This document shows, in pieces, positions 14,175 to 27,300 of a stretch of 64,000 nucleotides of DNA. The position numbers and the translations under genes were made by a program. The stretch is from Mytilus edulis. Lineage: Eukaryota. The DNA lies in contig NC_092348.1 of the NCBI RefSeq assembly GCF_963676685.1, forward strand, positions 46,872,001 to 46,936,000, read 5' to 3'. The notes beneath the pieces were generated by a model that made no database searches, was not told the DNA's origin, and saw only the letters and a list, made by a program, of their open reading frames with translations. The number at the start of each line of letters is the position of its first letter. Position 1 is the stretch's first letter.

Positions 14175-15315
14175 ACCAAATTGAAAATAACGATTACGAA
14201 AAAAGTAAACAAATCTTTTTAGGTTTAATTATCATTGAGTTGATTTTTATAAGGTTTTAAGTTTTGAATACAAAAGATTTGTTGCAATCCTTTTCATACT
14301 TTTCAATAACTTGTGTTATCTTAATATTTATTTTTTGTAAGATTATATTGGACATGACTGCGTTCCCTCAAATAGCAGAATAAACATGGTATATTATGTT
14401 CAACGTTGACCTTGTTGCTTATTTTGTAAAACGTCATGTTCGATATTGTTTGTTATCAGTGAATGTATGACATATGTCAATTTCAAGAATCCTTACCTAT
14501 TAGTACATTCTATATCTTTTGTACTCAACTGATCGAAGATGTAAAATATAATTTTATCAGTATGCACTTTACCTGTTACTTTTCGACTTGTTTGACGGAC
14601 TATTCATATTCTTAAAAATGACTTTTCATTACGGAGTAGCAATTTGTGTATCCTACTGCATTTTCATCCTTAAGTTAGGTAAGTTTAGACATTTCGTTTG
14701 TGTAATCGCAACCTGACCAAAATTTACTGAATTTAAACATTAAAAAAAAGTGTAATTAATATACCGAATTTTTCAGACATAAGTATGTACAGCATTTAAA
14801 AAAAAAATGCATCAATTGAGGTTTTAATCATTAAATTTAAATTTAGTTGCGATTATATTATTGTTTGCCTTTAACATAAGATGGGCCTTGGTGTTCAAGG
14901 GGTTAACGTAGTTCTACTACAGTAATCACTAGCCAGTCCACACCAAATTGAAAACAAAGATAACGAAAAAAGTAAAAAAATCTTATCAGATTTAATGATC
15001 CTTGAATAGATTTTTAAAAAAGTTGTATGTTTTGAATACAAAAGGTTTGTTGCAATCCTTTTCATACTTTTCATTTAGTTGTGTTGTCGTAATATATTTT
15101 TTTTTGTATATTTATATTGGACATGACTGCGTTCCCTCAAATAGCAGATTAAACATGTTATATTTTCTTCAACATTGACGTTTTGCTTATGTTGTAAAAC
15201 GTCCTGTTCTATATTGTTTGTCATCAGTGAATATATGACATATTTCAATGTACACAAAGTTGCCTTGCCTATTGGTATATCCTATATCATTTATACTTAA
15301 TTGATAAAAAATGTC
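14175..15315 (+). repeat. Local duplication of the presumptive promoter (14175-14540) into intron 1 (14942-15315)
   Basis: Collinear similarity, e.g. tttgttgcaatccttttcatacttttca and tatattggacatgactgcgttccctcaaatagcaga in both copies. Confidence 0.9.
14618..14678 (+). CDS. Exon 1, signal peptide MTFHYGVAICVSYCIFILKL(G)
   Basis: aaaATG start, hydrophobic 20 codons, G|GTAAGT donor, phase 1, in frame with GLTEC of exon 2. Confidence 0.8.
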
Positions 15316-18300
15316 ACAAAAGACTCAGACCTTAGTCAAATTTTAATTCATTAATGAGATACCTTTCCTGAAACTATAGTCGTTTACCTATCAAGAGTAG
15401 AGGTACAAAAATATCAAATGCATTACAGCTCGTTTTTCAAAAAAAACTAAGATTGAAAAGATCGATGGTAAAACAATATTTTACAAAACACTACAATAGT
15501 TTATTGACCTCTAGGCGGTTAGTATGTCAATTTACACCCCAATATATTTAACATTCTTAAATAACTGTATTTCTTAAAAGATTATGTATTTTCGATTTTT
15601 CTTTGTACTTTTCAACAGGACTGACAGAATGTATGACAATTAATACAGCAGAATACATATATCCCAACACCTGTAACAACATAAACTGTAGTTATGTGAC
15701 AGCAATTGATCGGGTAACCATTTATTCTGTTAAGGACACAAATGGCATACTTTTTGAAAGTACCATCAACCAACAAATATCTGCCAAAAAGTGTCTTCTC
15801 GGTTCAATTCACCCTTGTAATGTTATTGGAATTTGTTGGTGTGATCCAGCGGGTTTTTCAACACGCATCTGTTATAACCATACAAGTGGCGGAGAAGGTC
15901 AATTAACGCTGCAGTGCGCAACTAACGTTCAAAATACGAATAAATTAGTAACTATAGCAGGTAATTGCTTTTTTATGATATCAATAAACAACATAATTAC
16001 ATTTAATTCAATACTTTTACGACTTTCATAATTGAAATATTAGCTACCCTAAAATTATCATCATTATGCAATCATTCCTAAATATATAAACACCATTCAT
16101 CTTTATTATACATATAAAATGGAAACAAACTTAAAAAAAAACAAGCTGATATATAATTAAAATTTAACAAAAGAACACACAATAGAGAATGGAAATGGGG
16201 AATGTGTCCACAACAACCAGAAAAAAATATAAAAAACAGCTAAGACGACCAATGAGTCTTCAATACAGCGAGAAAATCCTGCACAGGAGGTGAGCTTCAT
16301 CTGGCCAATAAACAAAAATATTTATTATTTTTTCTGAATTAAAAATGTTGGTATATTTAGATCGTTTACGTCGTTTCCGTGGCCGTTCAAAGTTATATGT
16401 AAGTGCATAATATATTACTAGCATCGTTGGCTGGCTCCTCTCTTTAATGTTTGTATGTGTACAAATTTTTAGTTTTTCAAATTGTTTGTCCTCAATCATT
16501 ACGAGAGAGACGTGTATTGTCGATATACGCATTTGGTGTCGTTTATTTGATTCTGTTTATGTTATTACTACACTGGGAAATACTTTTGATGGTAACTTTC
16601 GATCCTTGAGGATACCAAAATCCCAGTAGCCAGGACGTAAAATATTTTGTAAACATCGGCCGAGCTCCGATTCCTAGTTCAAATTTGGCTATTTGTATGA
16701 CTTTTTAACTTGACCAGCACGTCAAAGATTGTTTTTGAATAGTTTGTCCTTAAGCATCAATAAAGAGACATTAACTGTCAAAATGCACATCTAATGCAGT
16801 AAAATTGGTACCGTTAACATTATTACATATAAAAATAAGGAACATGAGATATGATTGCAATGAGAAAGCTCTCTAAAAGAGGCCAAATGACACAGACATT
16901 AAAACAACTATATGTCATCGTTCAGCCTTCAACAGCAGTCATCTATAAAAGTCGAATTGGAAAATGTAACATAATTCAAACGATAAAACTAACGACCAAA
17001 TTTAAAATAATGAACAAAAACAATTATGACATACAGCAACAAACGGCATCAACTGAATAAAAGACTATTGAATTGTGACAGGTACATACATAATGTGGCA
17101 GTGTTATACTAGTTTGCGTTGAATGCTACAAACCTTCATATAACCTGTGACAGTGCTGTCACAGTATAAGAATAAAATATTCAAAAATAGTTGATTAGGC
17201 TAAATAATCAGATGAATACAAAGACGAAATACATCTAACAGAAACATAGAGTTGTCGTGGCAGCCTACTTATGCATCCAAACAACAGATCTGATAGTACC
17301 AACAGTTACTGACAGCTAGTTTAAAGCCAATAACAATTAAAAACTCTAAAACTAAAATATCAATTAGTACACACCCAACATCTAATGGATTAAGTGTATA
17401 GTCGTCATTAAAAGTAAGTGAAAAACATGACATTGTGTGTTGTCTAGATACAGGTACCGACATATTACCGAGCCATAGATATGAATATGTATATTAAATG
17501 ATAAATAGTATTTAGTTCATTCAAAAATCAATAATATTACCATTGAAAACAATTTGCCCTGGTCGTTTCTTAAATCCCAAACTCGGCAAACAACATCTTT
17601 TCAAAAAATTAGAATCTGCTATCCCGTTTGAAATAAGTTATCTATTGTTACAAATAAACTTCCAAACAAAATCAAAATGCGAACGAGTTGTGATTTATAA
17701 ACACCGTAAAATGGTACCAAAGGAACATTATTGATGAAAAAAGGGAGATTAACAAAAGGGAAAGAATAATTATTACTCATATTATTGCATTGAGCTAAGA
17801 GATATTTGAAACTTTCAAACAAAGACAAATTTTCACAAAATTTCTGACTTTGGTTGTTTTAAATACTTTTGGATACTGTCCCATAAGCATATTCTAATGA
17901 AAACAAATCGATTGAACAATAAAAAAAAATGATCTTTTAACATCATAAATAAGCATTTCCGTCTAAGTGACAGTGTTTCGAGAAAAAGAATTAAACATCT
18001 GGCAATAATCATATAGCGAACAGAAAGTCGGGTATACATTTTAACAGTCAAACGTGTTACATTTGATTAATTTGTATGAAAAACCTTACAAGAGTGTTTG
18101 ATTTATCATGTCGCTTTACATTTCGTGTATTTAACATGTTTGATATTTTCAGGCTACTTGTTATTATGAAAGCAATAACATTCAATAGTTCCCAAAACAT
18201 GACATATGTTGGTCAAGTTGTTCCTTATGCGTTTTATTAAAAGAGTAGTTGTATTTAAATGGAGAACGCATTTGCATTGCTATAAATATTAGGTATCTGT

Positions 18301-21300
18301 CGTCATATATACAACAGTAATTTCATAAAATTGTACCAATTCTTTATTGCGTCGTATATTTTTTCCAGAATTTACTGCATCTATGATATTTTTTTTCTGA
18401 CTTTTAATAACGTCTTAACACTAAAATTTATTTGATATACACATGATACACTGGTTAATATTTTGGTATTCATTTCTTGTTTTTGGCTCCTTTGCAGCAA
18501 GTGCAAATCCTTTAAGATTTGTACTTTGTGTCTGAAGTCCTTTTTTAATTTGGTTTTAGCGGGTTTTATGTCGATATGAAAATCCTTGTTCGAATGTTTT
18601 TATACTTTGTTTTATTGGTGTGCTGTGGCAACACTGTCTTTGGTCGGTGGAAAGTCTGACGCAGGGAAACATGATGAACCGTGCCACCTTCTGTATTTGC
18701 CAAACCGAAGTCTGAAAACTGTAATTCAGTGGTTGTCGTTTGGTGCAATATAATAGGATGTTTTTCTCCTTGACTTTGTTTTACATTTGTCATGTCTGAA
18801 AATTCTACAGCTTGCTATGCGGTATATGTTTGGTTTACTGTTATACTAGTAAGCAAAACAATTCAAATGATAGTATAAATAATTCTTTATAAATGTGATG
18901 CATCCGAATTGCTTTCCAAAATGCATACGTTACAAACCCATGAAACCAAATATTTGAAAGCTAAGTATGCCAAATTATGTTTTAGCTCTCGGTTTTATGC
19001 TTAATCATATCTTCAATGTTCTGAATATTTGAATGTTTTAATTTGAAATCATACCTACCATATCTCATCATTTTTATCTAATTGTTGAAGCGAAATAGCA
19101 ACAATGCTATTTATAGATTTTGAAATAAGTAAATCGGTTACTGAAACCAAAACTGTTCTTTTAAAAGCACGTGTGAGAGTAAAATGATGTTGTCCATACG
19201 AAGTGTATACTTCGTGCTTTATACGTTTTTTTCTACAAGCGTCTATGATGGTTCTCTTGTAGACGAAACGTGTGTCTGGCGTACAAATATTTTAAGCCCG
19301 GTATACGTATATATGATTAAATTATAAAAAAAAAACTTTCGAAAGAAGCAATGAACAGCAAACAATCAATTGATTGGTGTTTTATTAAGTAAGTCATGAT
19401 TTTTTTTCATGAATCAATACATCATACATTATAGTTCCATTATCATATGAATATAAGATGTGATATATTTGCCAATGAAACAACTCTCAAAAAACAGACC
19501 AAATGATATAGGCATAACAACTCATGTTTATTTTATATGAAACAGTTTGACAACTCATTTGTTTAAGGTTATATTCATATGGTTCATGCTATATTTTTAT
19601 AGCTATTCCATCAAATGTTCATCCACATAATATGAACTACAATGTAAGTGAAGGCGGAAGATTCGGTCCGTTGATATGCAATGCTTCCTGTGGTCCTCCA
19701 TGCACCTTTCGATGGGTTGGACCTGCATCTATCATACACTCCAGTGAGTTAGTCATCAATAATGCAACACAGAAAGATAATGGAACATATCAATGTGAAG
19801 CTACGAATACAATGGGTACATCAAAAGGACATATTGTTCTCATAGTTAACTGTAAGTTCATATTACTTTTAGACAATAGTATAATATTTTTAAATTGTGT
19901 AGATATGAATGAAATAGATTTTGGAGTAGGTGAATTGCAATGAGACTGTATGGTGAATTGGCATTGTCGTCCTACAATAAAATTGCATATTAACATGATT
20001 AACGACAAGAATTTGTAACATCTTTCATTTCTTGTGTTATAATTAATCAATATAACACAGTCTTCCAATATAGTTTGTGTATCTTCTTTGTATGATTATA
20101 TGTCAAATCGGCTGTGTGAGTTTACCCCCACTAGTCATATTATAGTCAACTATATTTGTTTGTAGCTAGGTAGTTATCGTTAACTTGCCGGGCGGATATG
20201 ATATATCGAAAGGTTTTATTTGTTCAGACACATTATGTCACAAATACAGTTTTAAATTATATATATGAATGGATACTAGAGGTCCATTGCATCATTTTGT
20301 CTTACATAAACAGTGCATTATTTGTTTATCACATGGTGAAATACTTGTAATAACATAATATAGTATATCTGGATAATCAGTTTTTTATAGCTGTTGCAGG
20401 TGGATCATCATTACTGTTTCCTTAGATAGAATTTCCTTATAATTTGCTAAACATTAAGATTGTATTATGGGTTTTTTAAAACATAATATCAAGTATGTGT
20501 CACTGTACTATTTTTCAAGCTACAAATCGTGCAAAAATCAAAAAAGTACTCATTGCAGATCGAATTACTAATTTAAAAAAATTCAAACAGATAGTCTTGG
20601 ATCTACTATTAAGCATTTAATAATTGTTCAAATGCACCAAGTGTAGAATTTAGAAATGCTAACAAATCGAAGAAAATCCTTTGAGCCTGACTCACAGCAT
20701 TTGATGATTATTGTGCATATACTTTAAAATTAAGTGAAGCAAGTTTTTTTTCTTAAAGTAAAAAGAAATTGGTGAATATTGTATTGCTTAATGGAAGAGA
20801 TGCATTGTACATGTATTATCCATTTCTGTTGACAAAAAAATAAACAAGTCAGTAGAGAAAACTATCATATCAGTGGATTGTACAAAAAAAAGAGTATAGC
20901 ATTTTACTTATTGTGTCCACAAACCATTTTCCCTGGCTTTTATTTCCTATCAGGATTTTCTTGATAGAGGGTTGCTACTCACAAGGAAGCTATTAAACCA
21001 AGAGTTCCAAATGCCATCACGAGTTTTTTTTACCGTCATGGAATAACAGTCTCACAGATGGTATCGGATATGTTTCTTATGTCGTAACTATCTTACCCTT
21101 CCATTTTCACGAATGTGACCAACCGAATACAGCTATTTAACCGGATTAAAAAGAACATAAGCAACACGACCGGTGCCACATATGTAGCAGATTCTGCATA
21201 CCCTATCACAGCACCTGAGATAACCCCCGTTTTTGGTGGGGTTCGTGTTGCAGAGTCTTTATTTTTCTATGTTGTGTCTTGTGTACTATTATTTGTCTAT

Positions 21301-24300
21301 TTTCATTTTTATTTTTTAGCCATGGCGTTGTCAGTTCATTTTCAATCTATAAGTTTGGCTGTCCCTCTGGTATCTTTCGTCCCTCTTTTGTAAAAAATAT
21401 AATATCTTTACCTTTTTGGAAGAAAAGCATAGTTCTTAACAGGAGTATCACAAAATCCAATTCTATTGGCGTTTGTTTTTGTAGTGGTTCAGTGTTTCTG
21501 TTATCCCGTTTTATTTCCTCTTATAAGAGAGATGCTTCCTCGGTTTTTGTTTATTACTCGGATTTGTTTTAGTTAAATCGATTTATTACTATTGCGAAAG
21601 CGATAAACTACTATCGCCTTTATTCATGAAACTAAAATCAAGTCTAGTGATGGCAAACATTGATCCCTCGTAAGCCACTAGATATATAAAAAAATCTGTT
21701 TTGCATTTTTTCTACATTTTTTACCATAAATGATATCCAGGTTGATGGTATGTTACAGAGTCAAAATTTGAACTGAAGTCTTGATGATGCAAGTAAAACA
21801 TATTAAATTAGCTTTAAGTCAATACCTTAGTCAAAGATAAAAATATTATAATTACTTCTGAACATAAGTATTAAAAAACTATTAGTATGTGTGTTTTTTT
21901 TACTGAAACATTTCTATATACAGATGGACCTAAACAAGTGATACTGTCTCCAAATAAAACGTCCTACATGGAATATGAAGATCGTGATGTCCCAGATATT
22001 ACGTGTACAGCAGACTGTCAGCCAGATTGTACTTTAATGTGGGATAAACCAACTGGTCAAGTTATATCAACTGAAATCTTAAGTTTGACGGAGATCAAGA
22101 GGAACCAGGCGGGGACATATCTATGTAATGCTAGTAATTTTGTTGGAAATATGGTATCTGCTGATGTAACCATCAGTGTTCTTTGTACGTATTCTTACAA
22201 ATGTGTTATCATTGATGATAAGTTACAAGAATTCCAAACTGACGCACAATTTACAGATAACTTAACCGCCGATTAATATATGTCTAATGAATGTCAACCC
22301 ATTGCGTGATTTTTCACCAAATTTGAAAAACAAAATGCCCAAACTAGCGGCACATCTGTGTTTGCCTTTATATAGGGATAGTTCGCTTCCTAGTGGTGTT
22401 CAAACAAAGTCGATAACCCCGCGATCAAATATAGCAATATGATTCATAGATCGGGATTCGAAAACCCATAATGTTACATTTTCTTAAATTATTTCTTCTA
22501 CTTTCAACACACCTTTGCAATTTATATAATCCATATCCGAATCAATAGAATCCAAGCAACATCAACATGATACCAAATAAAACTTATTTGTATTGGTGCT
22601 TATTTGAAGATGGTGTGTATATCGAATGGAACTAATAGTTGTGCATCGTTATGCGCGTGGTACGAAGCGTTAGAGTTCAAACTTTATTCGTACGTTTTGG
22701 TCAATCAGAAAACCTGTTTTATGTTTTGATGTTTCTCGTTCGGAAACAAGATTATAATCATAGCAATACATTTCCCCCCTAATATGTCTTTTCTGACAAA
22801 AATAGCCTATTCAATAAAAAGTCACAGTTTCAACAAAGTATTAAACAGACATTAATTATCCAACGTCGCATTTGCTGAAGTCTTTTTAACAAAATACATG
22901 TATTTAAACGGTTTCTTTTGTCTTTGATGACACAATAAACAATAATTCCAGATGGACCAAATATAGTAGAACTTTCTCCAAATACCACAAAATACATCAA
23001 AAATGAAGGAGAACATGTTCCTTATATAAACTGCTCTTCGGAATGTAACCCAGTTTGTGTATTGAATTGGATAGGACCAAAGGGACAAATTTTGCCGTCT
23101 AACGAGTTAAGTTTACAGAACATCAATAGAAGTCAAGACGGGATATATAAATGCAATGCAACTAATAAAGTCAGCAGCATGTTGTCGACAGACATAGATG
23201 TAATAGTAAATTGTGAGTATATGTATATCTCATATGCAATTGTCATTAAATAGTTTTGTTAATTGGTCACTAATAACACAGTAGTTGTTTCTGAACTGTC
23301 CATTAGCCCATCCAGAATACCCGACAAACGCTATATCTGAACTGTCCATTAGCCCATCCAGAATACCCGACAAACGCTATAAATCCTATAATTAAACAGG
23401 AATTTTCCGGCAAAACAAACAGTACTACCCTCGTGTTTAATACCTTATATCAAAGAAAGATAGTAGTTATCAAAAGTACCAGGATTATAATTTAGTAAGC
23501 CAGACGCGCGTTTCGTCTACATAAGACTCATCAGTGACGCTCATATCAAAATATTTATAAAGCCAAACAAGTTCAAAGTTGAAGAGCATTGAGGATCCAA
23601 AATTCCAAAAAGTTGTGCCAAATACGGCTAAGGTAATCTATGCCTGGGATAAGAAAATCCTTAGTTTTTCGTAAAATTCAATGTTTTGTAAACAGGAAAT
23701 TTATGAAAATGACCACATTATTGATATTCATGTCAACACCGAAATGTTGACTACTGGGCTGGTGATACTCTCAGGGACGAAACGTCCACCAGCAGTGGCA
23801 TCGACCCAGTGGTGTAAATAGTTATCAAAGGTACCAGGATTATAATTTAGTACGCCCGACGCGCGTTTCGTCTACATAAGACTCATCAGTGATGCTCATA
23901 TCAAAATATTTATAAAGCCAAACAAGTTCAAAGTTGAAGAGCATTGAGGATCCAAAATTCCCAAAAGTTGTGCCAAATACGGCTAAGGTAATCTATGCCT
24001 GGGATAAGAAAATCCTTAGTTTTTCGTAAAATTCAATGTTTTGTAAACAGGAAATTTAGAAAGTGATGATGTATATCAGTTTAAAAAAAAAAGAAATATC
24101 GGTTCAATCTACCATGAGTGACTATTTTCATGATTGTTCTGAAACTATCAATGTTTCAAACAATTAATACAAGCTGAATGAATTATCTGGTGAACTGCTA
24201 AAAATCATTAGTTCACATGATCACGGTTTCAATTCTGTAACATTGACAAAGCATTTGCCAAATGCTAAAAGAATTAAAAAAAATATAAATATGCTGGAAT

Positions 24301-27300
24301 GAACAGTTCACGTGAATTTTATATTTTTGGGTAAAAGTCAACACTTAGGATTGTTCTTCATATTTTTACTTTTATGCGACTTCAGTTTCTAACAGTATAA
24401 ACAACATTGAAAGTCTCTTTTAACCGTCTTTATGTATTGAATCTTTCATTTGGTAATATGCTATGAATCATGTCAAAAGTAAAAATGTTTAAAAAAAACG
24501 TAACAAATTATCTTAACATATTTAGTATCTCACCATAATAGACGAGATTTGCCTGTCATATCTATGTAATGCGTCATGACTACGTTAGATAAATAACCAA
24601 ATAGAACATGAAGTCGGTTAAGCCAGAAGATTTTCCGTCAGATATGTCTTCTATAGACCAGTAAACTTTCTTTGGAGAGGCATGTGAGAATGTGACCTGT
24701 TTAACCATTCTGTTAGATCGTAACCCTCTTATTTCTTTTCACTCTTAGTGTCGACTAGAAAATTAATAAATAGAATGTAAAGGAAAAACATATAAGTCAA
24801 GAAGAATGATACACATGGTTAATTGATGATTGATTGTTGATGTTTGACACCCCTTGCAATTCTATTGACTATATCATCCCGGTCATTTTGTGTTGATTGA
24901 GGAAGCCTGAGTGCATTGAGAAAAATTTCAACCTCCTTCCAGAACAATGGCAATCGTAAAAATTTAACGAGGAGATCAAATGCACCTGCTACGTTTGATG
25001 TTCGAACTGAAACCTTAGTGTTGAGTGACAAGTTAACTGTTTATTCTAGAAAGGAAATATTTGTTATACAGGATTTACTTTTATTTATGTTTATGTTAGA
25101 GCCATTTAACCAAGAATCATTCTATTCCTCAGTAATTTTTGTGTTGCACTCCTGACATGGCACAACTTTTTTCCAAACTCATATGTATCAAAACGGTTCA
25201 ATAGAAAAGCTTCATGTGATATAGTTTACAAATTACATAGATCGTGCATCTGCCGATTCCCCTATACACTTGGTAGCAGAGAACTATATTGCAATCACAT
25301 ACCATATCGTATTTAAGAATTTTACTGTAAGCAAATTGAAAGATATTAACTTTCTTACAACAATTAAACCATCTTACACTAAATCTCTGTTGCTGAGTTT
25401 CATTTGAGAGGGTAAGCGCTATAAACCCATGTTTAATCCATCATTTTCTACATTTGAAAATGCCTGTAGCAAGTCAGATATATGACAGTTCTTGTCCATT
25501 CATTTTTATGTGTTTTGTTATTTGATTTTGCCATGTGATTATGGACTTTCCGATTAGATTTTCCTCTAAGTTCAGTATTTTTGTGATATTACTTTTTTTT
25601 ATACAGCAACATGATCGACCTTATGTAGCTATAGGCTCCATTAATTCTACTGATTCAATCATACTATTTTTAAATTTATACAGATGGACCATCTTGTATT
25701 GTACTCTCTCCAAACGAAACGGAATATAAAGTAAAGGAAAACGATTCGTTACAACATAGTATTTCATGCACCGCAACCTGTCAACCCCCTTGTGTGGGAA
25801 CATGGACCATACATACTGGCGAATTTGTATCCTACGATATCTTAAGTTTTCCTGCCATCAAAAGGAACCAAACTGGGTTATATAGATGTAATGTCAGTAA
25901 TAGTGTTAGCAGCATGATATCTACCGATGTTTCGGTTATAGTTACATGTAAGTGTACATAATAAAATTGAGAATGGAAATGGGGAATGTGTCAAAGAGAC
26001 AACAACCCGACCAAATAAAAAACAACAGCAGAGGGTCACCAACAGGTCTTCAATGTAGCGAGAAATTCCCGCACCCGGAGGCGTCCTTCAGCTGGCCCCT
26101 AAACAAATATATACTAGTCCAGTGATAATGAACGCCATACTAATTTCCAAATTGTACACAAGAAACTAAAATTAAAATAATACAAGACTAACAAAGGCTA
26201 GAGGCTCCTGACTTGGGACAGGCGCAAAAATGCGGCGGGGTTAAACATGTTTGTTAGATCTCAACCCTCCCCCTATACCTCTAACCAATGTAGAAAAGTA
26301 AACGCATAACAATACGCACATTAAAATTCAGTTCAAGAGAAGTCCGAGTCTGATGTCAGAAGATGTAACCAAAGAAAATAAACAAAATGACAATAATACA
26401 TAAATAACAACAGACTTCTAGCAGTTAACTGACATGCCAGCTCCAGACTTCAATTAAACTGACTGAAAGATTATGATTTCATCATATGAACATCAGGCAC
26501 AATCCTTCCCGTTAGGGGTTTAGTATCATACCATCATAACATATATGAGAAGAACATAACCCGTGTCATGCCAACAACTGTTTTTAGAATAAATGTGTTT
26601 AGTTCCGATGCAAAGACCTTATCAGTGACTCAATATTAACGCCAAAATATGCAATCTTTAATGACTTGACAACAGTATCGTAATTATATCCCTTCTTAAT
26701 AAGTCTATTCAAAGGTTTTGTAAGTTTCTGAGGTGAATACTGACACCTTTGTGCTTTATAAAGAATATTTCCATAAAAAATTGGATGTGAAATACCTGAA
26801 CGTATTAGAAGTCTGCATGTTGAGCTATATTTACGAATGATGTCTCCGAATAGATTGATGTCAGTGAAAGTAAAATATTAGTACTGATGTTTATTCGATC
26901 CAATTTTACGCTATATAATTTTTCATCAAATATCTAGAACTGATTACACAATTTTATATATTCCATAAATGTTCTTTTCTTCAGTCTTTATAATTTACCA
27001 TGTATCGAATATCCCGTATCGCATAGCTAAACCCGTATCATATTGTTTGATTATGTTCGTGTGGATCAATCTTTAGTGTGTAACGTGTCTGGGGTCCGTA
27101 CCCGAGTTGATTCTCGAGATTTGAGACTTGTGTTTATATTTCTTTTGTTTATAATTCCTCTTTAACTCTCTCGGCTCATTAAAGCTCCTCCAGCTCAATT
27201 ATTATGCAGCCCAACTGGTTTACTGACTCTATATGTCAATTAAATAGCAAGATCTACTTGCACACTACCTTTGTAGCTCTTAGCTCAACAGACTCACTAG

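Larger units (their letters stand above)
23464..24057 (-). mobile_element. Retrozyme-like tandem: about 1.7 copies of a 355 bp unit with two type I hammerheads
   Basis: Near-identical units starting at 23464 and 23819, each with a hammerhead core; possible agaaag target duplication (23454-23459 / 24058-24063). Confidence 0.88.
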
